Virus record (IMG/VR): IMGVR_UViG_3300025314_000058
Coordinates: 1 to 37,529 of that record
From: a virus
Taxonomy: Duplodnaviria; Caudoviricetes
Direction: 5' to 3' (one strand)
DNA length: 37,529 bases
Every line of letters starts with the position of its first letter. The first letter of the stretch is position 1. Shown here piece after piece: positions 26,858-33,880 of this stretch. The position numbers and the translations under genes were made by a program. The notes under the pieces were generated by a model. The model saw nothing but the letters and a program-made list of their open reading frames with translations, was not told the origin of the DNA and did not search any database.

Positions 26858-27073
26858 ATGAATAGATTTTTAATTGCAGGATGTAACTTATACTGGGGGT
26901 CTTGGTCTAGGTCTTGGTCTTGGTCTAGGTCTGGGTCTAGGTCTTGGTCTTGGTCTGGGTGGTCTAGGTCTAGGTCTTGGTCTGGGTCTAGGTCTAGGGC
27001 TTGGTCTTGGGCTTGGTCTAGGTCTTGGTCTGGGTCTAGGCCTAGTTCTGAGTGTTGGTCTGGGTTTGGGTAA
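26858..27073 (+). CDS. Low-complexity Ser-[Trp/Arg/Gly] dipeptide-repeat protein
   Basis: ATG start followed by a TCT-NGG hexamer array (about 26900-27066). Confidence 0.55.
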   Translation: MNRFLIAGCNLYWGSWSRSWSWSRSGSRSWSWSGWSRSRSWSGSRSRAWSWAWSRSWSGSRPSSECWSGFG

Positions 27074-27146
27074 ATAAAATAAGGTAACTATCCCTTGACA
27101 ACAGGTAAAATAGGTGTATGAGGAAAAGAAAGGACTATAGGTAGAG

Positions 27147-27314
27147 ATGAAAAAGAAAAAACAAAAAATTGTAACAGTTAACATTAGTTTACCAGAAGCT
27201 ATTTTAAATAAATTTGATAAGGTAGCGCAAGAATAGCGTTAGGGAAGAAGTATCCTAATTCGTTTGGCTGTGGAATATTATTTAAAAACACATTACTTAA
27301 AAACAATGGATTAG
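27147..27314 (+). pseudogene. Ribbon-helix-helix (CopG/NikR-like) regulator with two in-frame TAG codons
   Basis: MKKKKQKIVTVNISLPEAILNKFDKVAQE*R*GRSILIRLAVEYYLKTHYLKTMD*; TAG at 27234 and 27240. Confidence 0.75.
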
Positions 27315-27347
27315 TTAAGAGTTAAAACAGAAAGAAAGGAGATTACA

Positions 27348-27536
27348 ATGGAAGACAGAACGGAAACATTCAAATTAAAAAGCGGAGCAGAATATACTAT
27401 TAGTTGGGATGATAAATGTTTAGTAATTGAAAAGGGCATAACACATCTTGAACCAGAACTTTTGCTTCTACTTATGGATTATGCTTGGAGAAATAAAATA
27501 AAGGATTTTGATATTTTACTAAAGGGCAAGGTCTAG
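27348..27536 (+). CDS. Hypothetical protein
   Basis: 62 aa, AAAGGAG SD. Confidence 0.65.
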   Translation: MEDRTETFKLKSGAEYTISWDDKCLVIEKGITHLEPELLLLLMDYAWRNKIKDFDILLKGKV

Positions 27537-27560
27537 TTAAAACAGAAGGAAAGGATAGAG

Positions 27561-27857
27561 ATGAGAATCGTCAAGTTTAACGAGGATGGAAAACATTATG
27601 CAACAAAAGTATCCAAAGAGTTTTATATTAAGTATAAGAATGCTCATTTTGAAAGTGGAATTATTAAAAATTCAGCTCATCCAGAAAATAAAATATATTT
27701 TGCTCAAAAAAATAAAGGGGTAAAAGAATTTGATATATGGATAGAATTAACCATTGATGAAGCCTTGGGGATTGCTAATTGTCTTATCGGTGCATGCTGG
27801 GGATATTTAATAAAAAAAGAGGTTAAGAAAGAAACTAAAAACCTAATCTCTAAATAA
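27561..27857 (+). CDS. Hypothetical protein
   Basis: 98 aa, AAAGGA SD. Confidence 0.65.
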   Translation: MRIVKFNEDGKHYATKVSKEFYIKYKNAHFESGIIKNSAHPENKIYFAQKNKGVKEFDIWIELTIDEALGIANCLIGACWGYLIKKEVKKETKNLISK

Positions 27858-27904
27858 ATACTTAATATGAAAAGTCTAGTAAAAAGAAAGGACTATAGGT
27901 AGAT

Positions 27905-28198
27905 ATGAAAAAGATTGAAGCAGATAAAATTATAAAACAAAAAATTAAAGAACTCTTGGAATGTCCTTTTTGTGGGAACATACCTAAAATTGATTATAGA
28001 GTAGACAAAAAACATATTAATGGAAGTATGGGACATTTTGTAAAAAGGTTACCTTGTTGTGATGTTATGGGTTCAGGACAAGTTGAATTATTCTTTTGTA
28101 ATAACAATAAACCCGCAGAATACGAATTATGGGCAAGAATGGCATGTCTTTTAGTTGATGCTTGGAATTATAGATCTTGTGAAAAGAAAGGACTATAG
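27905..28198 (+). CDS. Lar (restriction alleviation)-like Zn-binding protein
   Basis: L.ECPFCG N-terminus and DAWNYR C-terminus; ends EKKGL* inside the repeat. Confidence 0.6.
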   Translation: MKKIEADKIIKQKIKELLECPFCGNIPKIDYRVDKKHINGSMGHFVKRLPCCDVMGSGQVELFFCNNNKPAEYELWARMACLLVDAWNYRSCEKKGL

Positions 28199-28224
28199 TC
28201 AAGTCTGACTTGACTATAGGTAGT

Positions 28225-28401
28225 ATGAAAACTCAATATAAAAGAAGAAAAGACAAATATGGAATTTATAGAAGACTTAATGACTTTAAAAATAAGGTCT
28301 GTAATTGTGGGTGTTATTTTAAAGATCATTATATAGACAAACCTTGTGGAAATTATAATTCTTGTAGACGCTGTGAGGAATGGCAAGCTATTTATGGCTA
28401 A
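28225..28401 (+). CDS. Cys-rich small protein (start re-assigned to 28225)
   Basis: CNCG...H...C...CRRC. Confidence 0.6.
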   Translation: MKTQYKRRKDKYGIYRRLNDFKNKVCNCGCYFKDHYIDKPCGNYNSCRRCEEWQAIYG

Positions 28402-28419
28402 AAGAAAGGACTATAGGCA

Positions 28420-28590
28420 ATGAAAAAAAGAGAAGGATTAGGTTGGACAATTCAAACACTACCAATCGGAGATATTAAGGAACATAAAACTAATTTCCCC
28501 GAAGATTGTGAATGTAAAATAAGAATTGATGATAAAACAGGAGTAATCATGCATGATAGTTTTGATAAGAGGGAAAAGAAAGGACTATAG
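28420..28590 (+). CDS. Small His/Cys protein (56 aa), not in ORF track
   Basis: MKKREGLGWTIQTLPIGDIKEH...DCEC...IMHDSFDKREKKGL*; sits exactly between two repeat copies. Confidence 0.7.
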   Translation: MKKREGLGWTIQTLPIGDIKEHKTNFPEDCECKIRIDDKTGVIMHDSFDKREKKGL

Positions 28591-28595
28591 GTAGA

Positions 28596-28946
28596 ATGAA
28601 AAGAGAAATTAAATTCAGAGCTTGGGGAAATATAGATAAAAAAATGTTCTATTGGAACATAAATGATGCTCAATCGGATTGGGTTGTTCCAGACCAAGAA
28701 GTTTCTGATTATATGCAATTCACAGGTCTTAAAGACAAGAACGGAAAAGAGATTTATGAAAAAGATATTTGTAAAAATGGAGATTGGGAACAAGATGCTA
28801 ATGCTTATAATTATAGAGTTGAAGAAGTCAGATATAACGAGCAGGAAGCGAGTTTTAGTGGATGGAATTATAATGGAGATGGGATGACCTGTGAAGTTAT
28901 TGGCAATATCTTTGAAAATCCAAAATTAAATAAGAAAGGACTATAG
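28596..28946 (+). CDS. YopX family protein
   Basis: REIKFRAW, MQFTGLKDKNGKEIYE.DI and EVIGNIFENP. Confidence 0.92.
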   Translation: MKREIKFRAWGNIDKKMFYWNINDAQSDWVVPDQEVSDYMQFTGLKDKNGKEIYEKDICKNGDWEQDANAYNYRVEEVRYNEQEASFSGWNYNGDGMTCEVIGNIFENPKLNKKGL

Positions 28947-28951
28947 GTAAG

Positions 28952-29674
28952 ATGAAGATCAAGATTTCTATAACTCATTGGATTACAGGTTCAGTATTAT
29001 TCGAATACGAAACCGAAAATAACACTATTAAGAAAACATTGGAAGAAGCTGTTAGTCGGGGAGCAAACCTTCAGGGAGCAGACCTTCAGGGAGCAGACCT
29101 TCGGGGAGCAGACCTTCAGGGAGCAAACCTTCGGGAAGCAGACCTTCAGGGAGCAAACCTTCGGGAAGCAGACCTTCAGGGAGCAGACCTTCAGGGAGCA
29201 AACCTTCGGGGAGCAAACCTTCGGGAAGCAGACCTTCGGGGAGCAAACCTTTGGAGAGCAGACCTTCGGGGAGCAAACCTTTGGAGAGCAGACCTTCGGG
29301 GAGCAAACCTTTGGAGAGCAAACCTTCAGGGAGCAAACCTTCGGGAAGCAGACCTTCGGGGAGCAAACCTTTGGGTAACAAACCTTCAGGAAGCAGATCT
29401 TCGGGGAACAGATGGCGTTCAAATGTATTGGCACATCCACCATCAACAATTAGCAGAACCTTTAACCGAACCTTTAAAAAACAGGATTGCTTATATTAAA
29501 AAAGATAAGCCGAAAGACGAAATTAAATTAAGGTTAAAACTCTTAAAAAAAGTTAAAGCTAAACTGAAAGATCATCCACATACCAAGAAAGGTTGGGAAA
29601 AACTCCACCGCCAAGAATGTCCAAATTGTACATGGGACGGAAAGAGCATATTTAGAGGTGAGAAAGGACTATAG
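28952..29674 (+). CDS. Pentapeptide-repeat protein with His/Cys-containing C-terminal domain
   Basis: 23 x A[DN]Lxx units (15-bp repeats, 29060-29404); C-terminal WHIHH...LH..ECPNC.WDG. Confidence 0.92.
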   Translation: MKIKISITHWITGSVLFEYETENNTIKKTLEEAVSRGANLQGADLQGADLRGADLQGANLREADLQGANLREADLQGADLQGANLRGANLREADLRGANLWRADLRGANLWRADLRGANLWRANLQGANLREADLRGANLWVTNLQEADLRGTDGVQMYWHIHHQQLAEPLTEPLKNRIAYIKKDKPKDEIKLRLKLLKKVKAKLKDHPHTKKGWEKLHRQECPNCTWDGKSIFRGEKGL

Positions 29675-29679
29675 GTAGG

Positions 29680-29949
29680 ATGAAAAAAACAGATATTATA
29701 GAAAAAGCTAAAGAAGATTTAGTAAATAGCGTTCAGTGTCAAATGATTTGCTCAGATGGCAGTGGTAAGTCAGTGAAGGTTCATTTTATGGGTTGTTCTT
29801 TTTATAGAGGATATGAATGTCAAAAAAAACAGAGCAAGTCGGATCATTTTTGTCCATGTTGTGATTGTAATGGGGATGGCCTGAAAAATAAGTATAAAAA
29901 GAAAATAAAATCCAAATACCAAGGCCAGCGTTTTGAGGGGAGATTATGA
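29680..29949 (+). CDS. Cys-rich hypothetical protein
   Basis: 89 aa; CQMIC, HFMGC and HFCPCCDC. Confidence 0.6.
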   Translation: MKKTDIIEKAKEDLVNSVQCQMICSDGSGKSVKVHFMGCSFYRGYECQKKQSKSDHFCPCCDCNGDGLKNKYKKKIKSKYQGQRFEGRL

Positions 29950-29992
29950 AGATTAAAATAGATCAGGCGTATTCACTTCAACTATATAGAAA

Positions 29993-30295
29993 ATGAAGCT
30001 TAGTGAACACGAATTACAAAATTTAATTAGGGAATATCTTGCGCGTAAGGGCTGGTTTGTATTAAGGCTTAATAGCGGAATGATAAGAACTAATAAGGAT
30101 AAAATGGTAAGGCTTGCGCCTGCTGGTACTCCTGATCTTTATGCTCTTAAAAAAGGCAAAAGTATATTTATTGAAGTTAAAGCAGGATATAATAAGGTAA
30201 CATTTTATCAAGATCAAATGCTTAAATTAATTGAAGATCATGGAGCTCAAACGATTGTGGCTTATAGTTTGGAAGATGTGATTAAAAGTTTGTGA
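29993..30295 (+). CDS. VRR-NUC domain nuclease (PD-(D/E)xK; likely junction resolvase)
   Basis: SEHELQ, GTPDL, FIEVK and Q...L motifs. Confidence 0.88.
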   Translation: MKLSEHELQNLIREYLARKGWFVLRLNSGMIRTNKDKMVRLAPAGTPDLYALKKGKSIFIEVKAGYNKVTFYQDQMLKLIEDHGAQTIVAYSLEDVIKSL

Positions 30296-30495
30296 TAAGA
30301 ATAATACCGTCTGAAGTAAAATTTACTTTTACAGCTGAGGAAATAGCTGAGGAATTAAATATAAGGGTGGAAAATTTAAGAATAATATTAAAGTTATTTA
30401 AGTTTAGGAAAATATTAGGTCAATATAGATTGACGGAAAGAGATATAAAAAGACTGAAGAAAATATTTAAGAAGAATCAAAATTTGACTTTTTAA
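30292..30495 (+). CDS. MerR/excisionase-like HTH DNA-binding protein
   Basis: FTAEEIAEELNI...LR and YRLTERDIKRL. Confidence 0.6.
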   Translation: MIRIIPSEVKFTFTAEEIAEELNIRVENLRIILKLFKFRKILGQYRLTERDIKRLKKIFKKNQNLTF

Positions 30496-30513
30496 ATTAG
30501 AAAATGATATAGT
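30484..30513 (+). promoter_or_regulatory. Sigma70-type promoter for the groES/groEL-terminase block
   Basis: TTGACT(30484-30489)-18 bp-TATAGT(30508-30513) with TGn extension. Confidence 0.55.
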
Positions 30514-30517
30514 TATT

Positions 30518-30772
30518 TTGTTTGTGGATATTAATAAATTAACTCGTGAGCAATGTTTGATTAGAATATATAATGATGTTTTATTACAACAAATAAACGC
30601 AGAAATAAATATTGAAGTATTAGAAGAAAGGCAATTAATAGAAGTTACATTAAGTCCTAATATGATAGATCAATTAACAATGAATAAAGAAAATCTAAAA
30701 AAAATAATAATTTCTATAAAAATCATTGAAAAGATGATTAAAAAAGAAACAGAAAAAAAGAATTTAAACTAA
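30518..30772 (+). CDS. Hypothetical coiled-coil protein
   Basis: 84 aa; start uncertain (TTG 30518 or GTG 30524). Confidence 0.55.
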   Translation: MFVDINKLTREQCLIRIYNDVLLQQINAEINIEVLEERQLIEVTLSPNMIDQLTMNKENLKKIIISIKIIEKMIKKETEKKNLN

Positions 30773-30773
30773 T

Positions 30774-31112
30774 ATGATTCTACCTTCAAGAGGTTTAATT
30801 TATATTCAAATTGTAGAATCCGACTCTAAAACTAAATCTGGTTTATATGTTTCTAATGACGAAGATTCAATGTCTGCAAAAGTTCTTGAGATTGGCGGTT
30901 CAAAAGTATTAGAAGATGGTGTAGTTTCAAATCCTCCAGAATTTATCTTAGAAGACAAAGATGGTAATTCAAAAAGTTTGCATTATCTAAAAAGAGGAGA
31001 TATTATTTTTTTTAAAAGACATACTGCACATGAACTCGAAAATTATGGCGAAGAAGAAAAAACTGCTTTGATACCATTTGATAGTGTTCTCGCAATTCAA
31101 TTAAGGAGGTAA
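30774..31112 (+). CDS. groS: Co-chaperonin GroES
   Basis: KTKSGLYV mobile loop, AKVLEIG, LKRGD.I.F and terminal VLAI; directly upstream of groEL. Confidence 0.85.
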   Translation: MILPSRGLIYIQIVESDSKTKSGLYVSNDEDSMSAKVLEIGGSKVLEDGVVSNPPEFILEDKDGNSKSLHYLKRGDIIFFKRHTAHELENYGEEEKTALIPFDSVLAIQLRR

Positions 31113-31115
31113 ATT

Positions 31116-32750
31116 TTGGCAATAATTTCAAAAGATATATTATTTGGGCAGGAAGCTCGAACTTTATTAATGGAAGGGTCAAGAATAATATCTCAAGTTG
31201 TTGGGACAACATTGGGGCCTCGTGGTCGAAATGTAGCCTTATCTTCAAAATATGGTGGAGCAATTGTGGTACATGATGGAATAACAGTAGCAAATGAAGT
31301 AAAACTTGATGATCCAAAAGAAGACATTGGTGTAATGCTGATACGAGAAGCAGCACGAAAAACCAATGATTCTTCAGGTGATGGTACTACTACAGCTACG
31401 ATTTTAGCATATGAAATATTAAAAGAAGGAAACAGTCACGTAATTGCAGGAGCAAATCCAATGCTTCTTATTAAAGGAATTGAAAAAGCAGTAAAACAAG
31501 TTGTTAAATACTTAAAAGAAACATCTGAACCAATTAAAGATTCAATTGATAGAATGATTCAGATTGCTACTGTTTCTGCGGCTGATAAAGAGATAGGAGG
31601 TGTTGTAGCACAAGCTCTTAAAAAGGTTGGTAAATATGGAGTTGTAACTGTTGAAAAGGGATCGGAATTAGGTTTTGTAACTGAATATAAGGATGGAATG
31701 GAATGGGATAAAGGTTGGATACATCCTGTATTTGTTCTTAGAATTTTAGATGGAAAATTAAATATTCGGTTGGAAGCAAAAGTTGACAAACCATATATTT
31801 TGATTACAGATCATTCGATTACTTCTCCTCGTGAAATCTTACCTTTTTTAACTCACTTTTTAGAAGCAGGACTTAAAAATTTACTTATTATTTCAGATGG
31901 TATAGAACGTCAGGCAATGACAATATTAGCAGAGAATTTTGAACGCGGAGTTTTGAACGTTTTGCCAGTTCCAGCACCTTCGCTCGGAGAACATAAAAGA
32001 GATGGACTTGAAGATATTGCTATTTTAACTAATGGAGTATTTATCAGTAAGGAAATGGGGAAAAAAGTTGAAGATACAAAAATAGAGGAATTAGGTCAAG
32101 CTGAATCGGTTTTAGCAACTAAGGAATCGACAGTTATTATTGGTGGGAAAGGTGATAAGGAAAAAGTGAAAGATCGTGCAAAACAAATTGAAGAACAATT
32201 AAATCAACAAGAACACGAATATTTAAAAGAAAAATATAAAGAAAGATTGGCAAAACTTACATCAGGAGTTGCTGTAATTAAAGTCGGTACAGCATCTGAT
32301 ACGGAAAATAGAGAGAAATTAGAAAGAGTAAAAGATGCAATAGGTGCGACTAAAGCTGCGGTTGAAGATGGAATTGTGGAAGGTGGTGGTCTTGCATTGT
32401 TTAACGCAATACCTAAAATTGAAGTAGAACTTGATATGTTGAAGGATGAAGTTTTGGGTATTGATATTGTAAAAAAAGCATTATCAAAACCTCTTAAACT
32501 TTTAGCAGAAAACGCTGGAATAAATGGAGAAGTTGTAATAAATGAAATTTTAATGAGAAAAGAAGGAATAGGATATGATGTTGTTAATGAAAAATATGTT
32601 AATATGAAAGAAGCAGGTATTATTGATCCAGTTAAAGTTACTATTTCAGCAATTCAAAACGCGGCAAGTGTTGCTTCAATGATTTTAACGACTGAAGCTC
32701 TTGTTGTGGATAAACCATCTGAGCGTGAAAAAAAAGAACAAAATGAATGA
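31116..32750 (+). CDS. groL: Chaperonin GroEL
   Basis: TLGPRGRNV, HDGITVA, GDGTTTAT, ERLAKL.SGVAVIKVG, GIVEGGG and GIIDP.KV; TTG start with AAGGAGGT SD. Confidence 0.97.
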   Translation: MAIISKDILFGQEARTLLMEGSRIISQVVGTTLGPRGRNVALSSKYGGAIVVHDGITVANEVKLDDPKEDIGVMLIREAARKTNDSSGDGTTTATILAYEILKEGNSHVIAGANPMLLIKGIEKAVKQVVKYLKETSEPIKDSIDRMIQIATVSAADKEIGGVVAQALKKVGKYGVVTVEKGSELGFVTEYKDGMEWDKGWIHPVFVLRILDGKLNIRLEAKVDKPYILITDHSITSPREILPFLTHFLEAGLKNLLIISDGIERQAMTILAENFERGVLNVLPVPAPSLGEHKRDGLEDIAILTNGVFISKEMGKKVEDTKIEELGQAESVLATKESTVIIGGKGDKEKVKDRAKQIEEQLNQQEHEYLKEKYKERLAKLTSGVAVIKVGTASDTENREKLERVKDAIGATKAAVEDGIVEGGGLALFNAIPKIEVELDMLKDEVLGIDIVKKALSKPLKLLAENAGINGEVVINEILMRKEGIGYDVVNEKYVNMKEAGIIDPVKVTISAIQNAASVASMILTTEALVVDKPSEREKKEQNE

Positions 32751-33150
32751 TATAAAAAAGGGAGAGCAAATAATAAGAGCAGTTTATAAATCGGCATTAG
32801 GTGCTCTTTTTGCTATTGGTATTCGTTCTTCTTCCTATATAGATCATTTTACTAATACTTTTTCTAGTAATTTAGACAAAGAATTTTTAAAACTTGGTCT
32901 TTTAAATCAAAAAGATTCAGATTGGACATCTGAAAAAAAACCAGTAGAAGAATTAAAAAAAACTAAAGGTTTAATTGAAGAATTAAAATTACATATATTT
33001 ACCGAAAGTGCTTTAAAGAAAGCAAATATTAAAACTGTAGAAGATCTTTTATCTTTTATGCAAAAAGAAAGCCTTTTGAAAATAAAAAGAATTGGAAATA
33101 AATCCGCTAAAGAAATTATAAAAGCTATTGAAGTCTGGAATAAGCCGTGA
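32743..33150 (+). CDS. Protein with C-terminal RNA polymerase alpha-CTD-like domain (start re-assigned to 32743)
   Basis: IEELKL...SALKKANIKTVEDLL...LLKIKRIGNKSAKEI matches the alpha-CTD pattern. Confidence 0.8.
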   Translation: MNDIKKGEQIIRAVYKSALGALFAIGIRSSSYIDHFTNTFSSNLDKEFLKLGLLNQKDSDWTSEKKPVEELKKTKGLIEELKLHIFTESALKKANIKTVEDLLSFMQKESLLKIKRIGNKSAKEIIKAIEVWNKP

Positions 33151-33186
33151 ATGGCACAAAATAAAGAAAGAATTATATTCTAATAT

Positions 33187-33537
33187 ATGGAACAAATAAT
33201 TGCTATTGCTTTTATTTTTATTGGTCTTTTCTTACCTTATATTTTATTTGTTTGGTTGTATGGCGTAACGTTAATTAAAAAACTATATGAAAAAGAATGG
33301 ATAAAACAAAAAGGTATTAAGGAAAGTGTTGTCAAATGGGAACAATTAACTCCTGAAGAAAGAATGGAAATATCGAGGCAGGAAATTTCAGATAGTGAGT
33401 GGACAAAATGGTTAGGATCTCCAACACCACAAGACGAACAAAGAATGCGAGATGAGAAAGTTTTTCAAGAAGGACTCGTTCATCCGCCGAAGACAGATAT
33501 ACAAATGCCAAAAGATATTAAATCACCAAAACCATGA
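33187..33537 (+). CDS. Membrane protein (N-terminal TM)
   Basis: Hydrophobic residues 4-28. Confidence 0.65.
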   Translation: MEQIIAIAFIFIGLFLPYILFVWLYGVTLIKKLYEKEWIKQKGIKESVVKWEQLTPEERMEISRQEISDSEWTKWLGSPTPQDEQRMRDEKVFQEGLVHPPKTDIQMPKDIKSPKP

Positions 33538-33553
33538 TTGAAATTAAAACTTT

Positions 33554-33880
33554 ATGGTTAGTTGCAGCCACGATCTCACTATTTTTTCTAATATGGTTAC
33601 TATCGCAGTAACTAGCGAATATTATAAACGTAAATGCAGTGTTTGCAATTTAGAAGAAGAATTGCCAAGAGCAGGAAAAATATGGAGTGGTTATAGCATT
33701 GAAGCAGAATCTATAAGAGATTTTGATAGACGAGAATATGCAAAAGATTTACTGCAACCGAAAGATGAAAAGGGAGAAGTAAGCGAGCTTTTTGATGATG
33801 CGTATGGCAATCCGTATAAGCAAGCAGAAGTGGGTACACAAGTAGATAGATATAGAATAAAGGATGAAAAACGAAATTAG
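33554..33880 (+). CDS. Hypothetical Zn-ribbon protein
   Basis: CSH...CSVC, with KDLLQP...F..AYG tail. Confidence 0.6.
   Translation: MVSCSHDLTIFSNMVTIAVTSEYYKRKCSVCNLEEELPRAGKIWSGYSIEAESIRDFDRREYAKDLLQPKDEKGEVSELFDDAYGNPYKQAEVGTQVDRYRIKDEKRN

Larger units (their letters stand above)
26387..29678 (+). repeat. Eight dispersed copies of AGAAAGGACTATAG(GTAG) at gene junctions
   Basis: Copies start at 26387 (1 mismatch), 27127, 27885, 28185, 28403, 28577, 28933 and 29661. Each is followed within 3-6 nt by an ATG (after a 21-nt insertion in the 28185 copy). Confidence 0.95.

Noticed and set aside
26874-27184. Gly-Leu (+) and Arg-Pro (-) ORFs over the hexamer array
   Set aside because: These are alternative frames of a stop-free repeat. 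The Ser-Trp frame has the best-placed ATG, and the minus ORF overlaps the RHH gene.
26900-29404. Diversity-generating retroelement behind the variable repeats
   Set aside because: No reverse transcriptase and no template/variable repeat pair, and the variation is not confined to adenines.
28997-29499. KVCSP, LLPEG and SRPSG repeat ORFs
   Set aside because: Shadow frames of the pentapeptide array.
26387-29678. Junction repeats as a CRISPR array or classical integron
   Set aside because: Spacers are whole genes of 174-758 bp, and I see no cas genes, tyrosine recombinase or attC-type hairpins.
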